64,000 nt of DNA, taken from a virus. Taxonomy: Duplodnaviria > Heunggongvirae > Uroviricota > Caudoviricetes. A program made the translations under genes and the position numbers. The number at the start of each line of letters is the position of its first letter. Position 1 is the first letter of the stretch. This document shows positions 39,285-47,022 of the stretch, piece by piece. Where the stretch lies: positions 18,891 to 82,890 of the IMG/VR virus record IMGVR_UViG_3300017989_002952. One strand, given 5' to 3'. The notes under the pieces are model-generated. The model was not told the DNA's origin, made no database searches, and saw only the letters and a list, made by a program, of their open reading frames with translations.

Positions 39285-40416
39285 GATAACTCATCGCCAT
39301 GGTTTCAGATTTGGTTTTGGTCCGCATCCGAATAGCGACAGCTCTCTCCCCAACACCTGGTTGGAAAAGAACAAGACGTTGCCATTTGGTTCTCTTCCCC
39401 TTAGGAACATAATCCTTCTCCCACTTGGTGCCACCGGACAACCAGGCCGGCATTCTGTAGGACTCATCTGTCATGGCATTTTTGAAGAATGCGAGCTCGG
39501 TACATCTCGTGGCAAAACGCAGGTTGGGAATAATTCTGGTGATGATATCCCGACGTTTCTGAGTCAGAGAGACCAGAGTTTCCTGATTGGCTTCAAATTC
39601 GGGATAATCGTTAATATATTCAGGCAAGTCCACTTCGACTTGAAGGGATGTGAACTTCACTGATTTACCCTTCTCTCGTGAAGACTTCGGCCATTGCTTT
39701 TTGGCGCCCTCTCCGGTTTCGGGATATTGAATGCCGCCCTTAAGCAGAGCATTGATAACGAGGTTGTAATATTGTGCCTCATCATTCAGCCGCTCGATAA
39801 GAGCTTTGGTTATGAAATAATGCTTCCCATAAAAACTGGTCCACCGGTTTGGATGCACAAAGTTCTTGAAGATAACCCGGTTGCCTGTCCAGAGTTTGTT
39901 TTCCATCAGAAATTTGTTCTCTTTGGCACTCGGGTCCCACTGAATTGTGTTCCAACCACTATACCATTCACCAGAAGGATCTGTCAGGGAATATGTTCGA
40001 TAATCACCGACAGATTCACTGGTGACCACGTTGGCGTCTTTGATCCGAATAGAGAATGAGAATACATCTTTGTTGGCTAACAGGTTTAGAACTGGTCCGT
40101 GCCTGTTGAACTCAGATACTGTTCTCTCACCCTCTTTGATGGTTTTCGGGCGCATGGATTTATATGTCGGGATATTAATCACAGCCCCTCTGTCAGCAAT
40201 TGCTGTGAGAAAGCAGGCGAGATCCAAATCGGTTCCAACAAATACCCCATCTTGGAGTGCTGCACCGGGTTTCCGACTATAGAGATCGAAACCCCACCAC
40301 TTCTGCGCTTGCTCAACGGCTTCCATGATGTTGGCGCTTTTGTCGAGAACAGTTGTCATAACCGGGTGATCCAATAAACTCTTTAGCGTTTTCGCTACAT
40401 GCTTCCTTTCAGTCAT
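39271..40416 (-). CDS. hypothetical protein (381 aa)
   Basis: Long clean ORF with AGGAGG RBS. Confidence 0.45.
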   Translation of the reverse strand: MTERKHVAKTLKSLLDHPVMTTVLDKSANIMEAVEQAQKWWGFDLYSRKPGAALQDGVFVGTDLDLACFLTAIADRGAVINIPTYKSMRPKTIKEGERTVSEFNRHGPVLNLLANKDVFSFSIRIKDANVVTSESVGDYRTYSLTDPSGEWYSGWNTIQWDPSAKENKFLMENKLWTGNRVIFKNFVHPNRWTSFYGKHYFITKALIERLNDEAQYYNLVINALLKGGIQYPETGEGAKKQWPKSSREKGKSVKFTSLQVEVDLPEYINDYPEFEANQETLVSLTQKRRDIITRIIPNLRFATRCTELAFFKNAMTDESYRMPAWLSGGTKWEKDYVPKGKRTKWQRLVLFQPGVGERAVAIRMRTKTKSETMAMSYRGGI

Positions 40417-40804
40417 CTCTCGTTCCTCCTATTGTCTTTAGCAAATGACTTACAAAATTCATCGACATTCTGAATGTCCTACCTTTCGTCGGTCCGGTAA
40501 TAACCATCACGACTAAACAATAGTCATTGAATATCACATACTTATTTTTCACTTTTTTATACCGATCAATAACCACACCCATTTGATTTCTGGCATGCTT
40601 TGGTCGGACTTGTGGGCCAAATTTAAATACATCCCCCCTTTCAAGACTTAAACCTTTTTGGTTTGGATCTATAAATTGATACTGAAAATTGTATTCATAG
40701 GGAATACGAGGTTTCCCATAATTACCATACGGGGTTGAGTAATCATAAATTGTCTCACCCACGGGGATCCCATAATTCTCTAATCTTAGAATGTCTTGCC
40801 TCAT
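40409..40804 (-). CDS. hypothetical protein (131 aa)
   Basis: ORF only. Confidence 0.35.
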   Translation of the reverse strand: MRQDILRLENYGIPVGETIYDYSTPYGNYGKPRIPYEYNFQYQFIDPNQKGLSLERGDVFKFGPQVRPKHARNQMGVVIDRYKKVKNKYVIFNDYCLVVMVITGPTKGRTFRMSMNFVSHLLKTIGGTRDD

Positions 40805-41078
40805 CGACCAACCCTCCTGGTCTGTGTTTGTCTAAGACCTCCTTGATTGTATCTCTGAGTTCATCAACAGCAGCCGCATCAAAATGCTCCATATGTAAAT
40901 GGGGTCTCAAGAGATAAATTAATGTCCAAATTCTTTCGTCTTCTGTGAGTTCCTCTACAGAGTCTGCATTTGGGTTATTCCAAGGCATTACGAGAATTGC
41001 TGCAGACCCTCGATTAAACCCCACTATCATTTGGTAGTCCGTGATCAGTTCCATGAACCCGTTGTAACTTACTTGCAT
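40755..41078 (-). CDS. hypothetical protein (107 aa)
   Basis: ORF only. Confidence 0.35.
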   Translation of the reverse strand: MQVSYNGFMELITDYQMIVGFNRGSAAILVMPWNNPNADSVEELTEDERIWTLIYLLRPHLHMEHFDAAAVDELRDTIKEVLDKHRPGGLVDEARHSKIRELWDPRG

Positions 41079-41352
41079 GGCCGCCTCCTATTGAATGACG
41101 GTATAGTATTTTCGTAACTGCCTCTTCAATTTCTTCCTTCACAAAATCATCAAATACATCAATACCAGTATTGCCTCTCAACATTATAGCGAATGTTTTT
41201 ATTGCGTCCATTAATGTCAGGCCATCATCTGGATGTGTATACCGGCTTTTGTAAACCACCATCTCGCCTTGTTTAAAACATAAGACTAGTTCAGATTGAT
41301 ATAATAAAGCCTGTCCTCTTGATCTACCTTTTCCAAATTTAAATTTTGACAT
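41014..41352 (-). CDS. hypothetical protein (112 aa)
   Basis: ORF only. Confidence 0.35.
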   Translation of the reverse strand: MSKFKFGKGRSRGQALLYQSELVLCFKQGEMVVYKSRYTHPDDGLTLMDAIKTFAIMLRGNTGIDVFDDFVKEEIEEAVTKILYRHSIGGGHASKLQRVHGTDHGLPNDSGV

Positions 41353-41651
41353 TAGAACACAAATCCTTCGGGACCATGGAAAGCTCTAGTTTCATCTAAC
41401 TGAGTTTCCATATCCATGTTAAGGTCGTACACTTCCATGATTCTTTGCATATTTTTTCCATTGTATCTGGAATATTTTTCTAAAAAGTCACCATTTCCGT
41501 GGGCATAGACAGGATAATCTTCATAGCTGAATGTATCACACACAATGATCATATAATCTTTGCCCATTGCTTGACCACTCTCAAACCAAACTTTTATTGT
41601 TCCGGGTGTTAACGCCATCACCACCCCCACTTTCTCCAAAATTTCTTCCAC
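41352..41651 (-). CDS. hypothetical protein (99 aa)
   Basis: ORF only. Confidence 0.35.
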   Translation of the reverse strand: MEEILEKVGVVMALTPGTIKVWFESGQAMGKDYMIIVCDTFSYEDYPVYAHGNGDFLEKYSRYNGKNMQRIMEVYDLNMDMETQLDETRAFHGPEGFVF

Positions 41652-41815
41652 TCGATTTTTCTTGATTCATTTCCATGATATAGTTTAGATGCTCCCATAC
41701 CACCAAAGAAACCTCCAATGATAAAGAACCAACCACCATGACCATGCAGTCCAAATAAAAGAAACATTAGACCTAGAAATAGAAATACAATACCGAGTCG
41801 CATTGTTTTATTCAT
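41618..41815 (-). CDS. small two-TM membrane protein (65 aa)
   Basis: Two hydrophobic helices with a Gly-rich GGFFGGMG segment. Confidence 0.35.
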   Translation of the reverse strand: MNKTMRLGIVFLFLGLMFLLFGLHGHGGWFFIIGGFFGGMGASKLYHGNESRKIEWKKFWRKWGW

Positions 41816-41825
41816 AGGAATACTC

Positions 41826-42155
41826 CTAAGGAACCAATTCAGGTCCTACGGTTGTCTCTACTCCTATACTTGTGTATTCTCCTGCAGGATCAGGATTGTG
41901 TTGAGGCGCCGTCGTGGCTTTAAAGCACACATTTTCAACACCGCCGATAGGACAGAGTTGATATTCGTCTTCAATAAAGAATCTATCACCTGGTTTCAAT
42001 CCTTCAATACCATCTCTCAAGACTGCTACTGTCCCTGCTGACTCTACAATTAAAATTGTCAACTTACCACGATTGTCAATTGTATATTCTCTTTTTTCAA
42101 CGATCATGTTTTTCTCCTTATAGAAAGTAATGGTAATCAAAGCCGCCCTCAACAC
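41826..42155 (-). CDS. hypothetical protein (109 aa)
   Basis: ORF only. Confidence 0.35.
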   Translation of the reverse strand: MLRAALITITFYKEKNMIVEKREYTIDNRGKLTILIVESAGTVAVLRDGIEGLKPGDRFFIEDEYQLCPIGGVENVCFKATTAPQHNPDPAGEYTSIGVETTVGPELVP

Positions 42156-43038
42156 CCTTGTAATTGACCGCTATTGCTTCTGAGGTGTGAATACTTTCCT
42201 CATGAATACTCTTAACTACCCAATCACGAACACCAGGTAGGGCGTCTAATTGATCGCTTATACCTCGAATTGCATCCTCGACAAATATTGGATTTTCTCC
42301 AGCGATACGAGCAATCTCTTGTTCATCTTCCCTTTTGATTATTGGATATGGAATGGTCTTGATTGCTCTCTCAACACATTCTACAAGATCCTCTAACCAC
42401 ACATAATGATTCTCTTCCTCCATATCTTTTTCAGTAATGATATGGGCGAAAGACCGCTGCGCATGCGGAAACCCATTGCTCCCTTTCTTATCCAAATCTT
42501 TACAGAGTTCGGCAGAACAAGGACAGTAGCTGGCATATTGAACTATAACACCTTGAAAGAATCGAAATTCAAGAAGGTCGCCAAGTTTGCCTGGATACTT
42601 AATAAGCTGTCCTTCAAATCTGCTATCATGGAAGATGGGGAATTCATTATCCGACAGCGCAGACGGTCTATTTATCGGAAGTTTAAAATCGAACCGCATA
42701 TAACTCTCTGTTGAACCAACTCGCTCCATCAGGTCCAAAAGGATACCCCGTATTAACTCTTTCTTCAAAGGTAAATCCAAGTATTTCTTTAATGTCCTCA
42801 GAAGCCGGGACATTGAGATTCCCTTTGTATCAGCGTCGAGATTGGTTCTCATTGATACATTAGCAGTCATTGGTTTAAATCCTCCATATTTTGACTCTAA
42901 TGAAAATGGAACCATAACGTTCTCAACACCAACTTGTCTAATCAGTCTCCTTATCCTCGGTTTTGTCATCTGAATGTCCGGAAGGTTTGAAGAAGAGCGG
43001 TTGTCCGCCTTTGATTGGTCGGAGTTTCTTTCTGACAT
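42118..43038 (-). CDS. T-fold GTP cyclohydrolase FolE2/MptA-like protein (tentative)
   Basis: ~300 aa. The YCPCSAELC...FPHAQRS...E cluster has spacing reminiscent of the Cys/His/Glu metal site of type-2 GTP cyclohydrolase I. Recalled from memory, not verified. Confidence 0.3.
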   Translation of the reverse strand: MSERNSDQSKADNRSSSNLPDIQMTKPRIRRLIRQVGVENVMVPFSLESKYGGFKPMTANVSMRTNLDADTKGISMSRLLRTLKKYLDLPLKKELIRGILLDLMERVGSTESYMRFDFKLPINRPSALSDNEFPIFHDSRFEGQLIKYPGKLGDLLEFRFFQGVIVQYASYCPCSAELCKDLDKKGSNGFPHAQRSFAHIITEKDMEEENHYVWLEDLVECVERAIKTIPYPIIKREDEQEIARIAGENPIFVEDAIRGISDQLDALPGVRDWVVKSIHEESIHTSEAIAVNYKGVEGGFDYHYFL

Positions 43039-43555
43039 CTAAATTCTCCTTGTGTTTTTGTATAATCGCATCAAACACATTTTCAGGGACAAACTTTTTA
43101 ACCATATCTTCCCAACCATTCGGACCAACCAAGTCTTTTACTGTACTTGAACTAATGTCAATCAGAGAATGTGGCGGGATGAGAAACACAGTAGTGATAC
43201 CCGGATTCATCCCGCCATTTATCTGACGCATTGTTGATTCGTAATTATAATCTTTTATAGACCTGATTCCTCTCAGAAGATAATTCGCTTTTTGTGCTTG
43301 TGCGAAGTGAATAAGATATTCATTCCCAAGTAACATCGTGGTCACATTTGGGAATATGCTTGTAATTTCCGTTACCATTCTCAACCGTTCAATGTTGTTG
43401 AAATATGGTGTTTTTGATGGGTTTGTTCCAATAGCAACGATGAGTTTTTCAAATAATTTAGACCCCTGAGAGATCATCCAAAGATGACCTTCAGTTGGTG
43501 GATCAAAACTACCTGGATATATCGCTATCTGTGGATGAGGGTATGTTTCGTTCAT
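42938..43555 (-). CDS. phosphopantetheine adenylyltransferase (CoaD)-like cytidylyltransferase-family nucleotidyltransferase
   Basis: IAIYPGSFDPPTEGHLWMI matches the (H/T)xGH nucleotidyltransferase motif (GTFDPITNGH in PPAT). LRGIRSIKDYNYESTMRQINGGMNP and the ISSSTVKD block match PPAT's C-terminal motifs. Confidence 0.6.
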   Translation of the reverse strand: MNETYPHPQIAIYPGSFDPPTEGHLWMISQGSKLFEKLIVAIGTNPSKTPYFNNIERLRMVTEITSIFPNVTTMLLGNEYLIHFAQAQKANYLLRGIRSIKDYNYESTMRQINGGMNPGITTVFLIPPHSLIDISSSTVKDLVGPNGWEDMVKKFVPENVFDAIIQKHKENLDVRKKLRPIKGGQPLFFKPSGHSDDKTEDKETD

Positions 43556-46500
43556 TTGGATTCACTCCTATTGTAAGTAAATATGCTTCTAGTAATTTCA
43601 CAGATTCTGCAACCATCGACTCATCATTACCATCTTCCTTAACCAAGTCTGTCTCAATTGTATTACGAAGGAACTTATTTTTCAGATCTATACAATCTGA
43701 TTTGGTTGTCAAGAATTCAGAGATGTTGTATGGAGCATCATGTCCAATAAGACAAGCTGTTTCCATTTCTCCAAGTCTTTGACCGCCCTTATTTTTTCTT
43801 CCCGCTAATGGTTGCAATGTTCTTCTTGCATATGAACCAATACCTCTTGCTGCTAATCTGGATTCAGCAATATGGACCATTCTGAAGAAGTACATATAAC
43901 CAACCGCAATTGGATTGACCAAATGCTGACCAGAGACAGGATCAAACACTTTCTGCTCAAATTTTGTATTTGTATACTCCAAGACTTTTTCAAGAATTGT
44001 CGCCGTTACAGATGAGAAAGGTGGCTGTATTAATGTAAGTTCGTTTATGAACTTTTCATCAATTATATCAGGGAGTTGTTCAAAGAACTGATATGTATAC
44101 CATTTTGTCTCGGTATTATCAACCAATTCAAAGAAACCTGCAAGATATCTTTTGAGTTGAGCCTGTCCTTTCTTGTTAGCAATCATCTCCAACAAATTCT
44201 TTTTAAGGTCTTCAAGCGCTAGACTAAGATGTAATTCAAACAACTGCCCGATATTCATCCTGCTAATAATTCCCAATGGATTTATACATATATCTACGTG
44301 TCGTCCATCCTCAAGTTGAGGCATCATTTCATGTGGAACGATGGTTGAGATAACTCCCTTATTCCCATGACGATTTCCGACCTTATCTCCAACTTGTATT
44401 TTGCGAGTGTATAAACCAAACATCTCGACTTGGATACCATTGATCTTTTCTTTCTTCGCTTTGTATTTTCTCGTGTAACTACTCTTATCGAGTCCGTTAT
44501 CACGAATGAACCGGGTGGCATCTTCTTTCGACAGATGCTCTTTAATAATTCCCTGTAACTCTTTTTCTCGTTGGACTTGAGATTCTATTTTTGCTTCAAC
44601 CCAATCTTTAAATTCTGGAATATCCTCATTCCATTGGTTCGCATAAATATTTACTTCGCTAATTACAACAGACTTCTTTGTCGTCAGCGGGATGGGTTCT
44701 TCAAATATAGAGCAGAAATCAGTCGGTCCACCTGGGACCTTCTTCATAATTGCATATGGTTCACCAACTGCAATTTTGTCAAATACATCTGGAAGAGGCT
44801 TGTAGTTATTTTCCTCAAGACTGAGCAAGACTTTATCCGGTGTTAGTGTAAAGGAGAAGTCCCGATAATGGACTGAGGTAAACAATCCTTCATTCACAAG
44901 TCTGTCAGAAATAACAATACCATCCTCATAGTTATAACCGTAGTAGACCATCACAGCAGTTAGCAAATTCTTCCCAATATTGATATTACCTTGGGTGCAA
45001 TAATTACTTTCTGCTAAGATATCCCCTGCCTTAACTTTATCACCCTGTTTGACATATACATTAATTAAATCCATATTTTCAACATAGATTTTTCGATATC
45101 CAATGTTAAATACATCGACTGTATTATCAACATATGCAACAATCAGATACTTGTCATCAATGAATACAACTTCGCCATTTTTCTTGGCTCGTTTTACAAA
45201 CTGGGTATGATCTGTGTATAAACCTTCACAACCAGATCCAATCATTGGTGTATCAAACTTCTTCAACAAGATAGCCTGACGCATCTGAGATGATGCCATT
45301 TGGAGTCGAGTTTGGTCATCGTGCTCCAGAAATGGAACCATTGATACCGGAATAGATATTGGAGATTTTTCTAATGCCTCATCTGTAAATCTGAGATTCT
45401 CATCGAGTTTTGTGTTGACTAACATATTCTGCAAAACTCCACAATTATCTCGGTCAGGTGTATCAACAGGACACATACGACCAAACATTGTGTCGCTTAG
45501 ATCCCTAAGATGCTCTGGAACATTCTCTCTTTTAAATCCACCAGGACCAACCAAACTGGTTCTTGACAGCTTGGTTAACTCTTCAATCGGGTTAATCGAA
45601 AAGTCAAATTGCACAATGTCAGAAACATTACACTCTGTCAAGATTTTTGTCGAATTCACATTGAATTTGGCGTTTCTTGTTGTTCTATGCGCAAGGCATA
45701 GATCAAATACAGCCTTGGAGACTTTCGATGTGATGATATATTCAAAACATCTAACTCTCTTATTTTGAAAATCTGTATCATCATAATTTGGATCTTGCAT
45801 CACATCCACAAACTCTTCAATAACCGAATCCGTCTTAAAGAATTTAGCAGATAATGGATCTACTTTCAACATAAGGTCAAGAGCATACATCAACGATTCA
45901 CCCTTCGCTTTGAAATTATACTTAGAGTAAATCCTTCCAATTTCTCGCAGGATATCGTTTTCGCTAAAGTCCTCATCTGTTGCATCATACATCTCTTTTA
46001 AATCATACAACATTTTACCGTAAATTGTATCCTTGTCTGGATTAAGAGTATCAAAATCAAATCTCTCGTTTAGGGCTTCAGGTCCATACTTTGCAAACAT
46101 AATCATACAGAATGGAACTCTTTTGCCCAATACACTCAGATACACATACGGTGGTTCTTTATTTTCGAACAACATCATTGTGGCAACATTTGTCCGTATC
46201 TTGATAGCTTTACCTCTAGTCACAACTGGAATATCAAATAGCTGAAACAGAGGAATCTTCTTTCTGCCATTAATAACCAAATAGTTATCATCAATGAGCT
46301 TTGGAATTTGCATTGAGAGGTCTATGTTTGACGTTCCTCTTGTCAGTTTAATTACAAGATTTCTCCGGAGAGTTTGATGTAACTCCCCGGATGCCATCTT
46401 AGAATCTTTAATTCCAAAATCTGAAATCTCAAAACCAATTTCTGTAACTGGTTGAAGAATTTCGTTAATTGTCTTTTCTAACTGTCCATACTCAGTTTGT

Positions 46501-46559
46501 CGAATCTGAAAGATATTACTTTCTTCATCAACCTTGAACATAGGATTGACAAATTTCAA
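43509..46559 (-). CDS. rpoB: multisubunit-type RNA polymerase beta subunit (RpoB-like), compact 1016 aa
   Basis: Contains GDKVGNRHGNKGVIS (the invariant beta-subunit active-site signature), 1016 aa. TTG start codon at 46559 with an AAGGAGG RBS. Confidence 0.85.
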   Translation of the reverse strand: MKFVNPMFKVDEESNIFQIRQTEYGQLEKTINEILQPVTEIGFEISDFGIKDSKMASGELHQTLRRNLVIKLTRGTSNIDLSMQIPKLIDDNYLVINGRKKIPLFQLFDIPVVTRGKAIKIRTNVATMMLFENKEPPYVYLSVLGKRVPFCMIMFAKYGPEALNERFDFDTLNPDKDTIYGKMLYDLKEMYDATDEDFSENDILREIGRIYSKYNFKAKGESLMYALDLMLKVDPLSAKFFKTDSVIEEFVDVMQDPNYDDTDFQNKRVRCFEYIITSKVSKAVFDLCLAHRTTRNAKFNVNSTKILTECNVSDIVQFDFSINPIEELTKLSRTSLVGPGGFKRENVPEHLRDLSDTMFGRMCPVDTPDRDNCGVLQNMLVNTKLDENLRFTDEALEKSPISIPVSMVPFLEHDDQTRLQMASSQMRQAILLKKFDTPMIGSGCEGLYTDHTQFVKRAKKNGEVVFIDDKYLIVAYVDNTVDVFNIGYRKIYVENMDLINVYVKQGDKVKAGDILAESNYCTQGNINIGKNLLTAVMVYYGYNYEDGIVISDRLVNEGLFTSVHYRDFSFTLTPDKVLLSLEENNYKPLPDVFDKIAVGEPYAIMKKVPGGPTDFCSIFEEPIPLTTKKSVVISEVNIYANQWNEDIPEFKDWVEAKIESQVQREKELQGIIKEHLSKEDATRFIRDNGLDKSSYTRKYKAKKEKINGIQVEMFGLYTRKIQVGDKVGNRHGNKGVISTIVPHEMMPQLEDGRHVDICINPLGIISRMNIGQLFELHLSLALEDLKKNLLEMIANKKGQAQLKRYLAGFFELVDNTETKWYTYQFFEQLPDIIDEKFINELTLIQPPFSSVTATILEKVLEYTNTKFEQKVFDPVSGQHLVNPIAVGYMYFFRMVHIAESRLAARGIGSYARRTLQPLAGRKNKGGQRLGEMETACLIGHDAPYNISEFLTTKSDCIDLKNKFLRNTIETDLVKEDGNDESMVAESVKLLEAYLLTIGVNPNERNIPSSTDSDISR

Positions 46560-46577
46560 CGTTTTTGTCCTCCTTCC

Positions 46578-46790
46578 CTAGTTGTGGAAATAAATCGGTT
46601 GATGTACGTTTGTCCTTACTTGGTGTAAGAACCCTTGTAATGACTTTTGTATTGCACGTTTCGATGATAATCTCGAACCACATTTTGCCATCATGGTTCC
46701 ATTTCGAGCGATCCACGCCCAACTCCACCATGTGTCGCCATAATCTTCTTCGCTCCAGATATTATAACCGGGTCGTAATTTAGGTCTCAT
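46578..46790 (-). CDS. small ORF between the RNAP subunit genes (70 aa); frame choice ambiguous with 46528..46731
   Basis: Two overlapping candidate ORFs occupy the beta'/beta intergenic gap. Neither has a recognisable motif. Confidence 0.25.
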   Translation of the reverse strand: MRPKLRPGYNIWSEEDYGDTWWSWAWIARNGTMMAKCGSRLSSKRAIQKSLQGFLHQVRTNVHQPIYFHN

Positions 46791-47022
46791 GAAACCTCCT
46801 ATCTACACCCTCACCAATTTTCTTAGCGGCGCTTATCAAAGCTTGATCTCTTAAATCACCCAAATACCCACCACTAATTTTCCTCAGAACCCGGCGATCA
46901 GTGCATACGTCTTGATTCTTGCGCATAAATACACAGATTGCCTTTCTTACTCGCAGTCGATCTTTTCGTATCTGTTCCAAATGGTCTAACGCCACTTGTA
47001 GTTCTGTTGTGTCGTGTATCAT
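46780..47022 (-). CDS. small basic protein (80 aa) translationally coupled to the RNAP beta' gene
   Basis: Its start overlaps the beta' stop (ATGA). Possible RNAP accessory subunit. Confidence 0.4.
   Translation of the reverse strand: MIHDTTELQVALDHLEQIRKDRLRVRKAICVFMRKNQDVCTDRRVLRKISGGYLGDLRDQALISAAKKIGEGVDRRFHET

Noticed and set aside
46528-46790. Two mutually overlapping small ORFs (46528..46731 and 46578..46790) between the RNAP beta' and beta genes.
   Set aside because: I cannot decide the frame without comparative data. Only one, or neither, is likely real. One is listed at low confidence.
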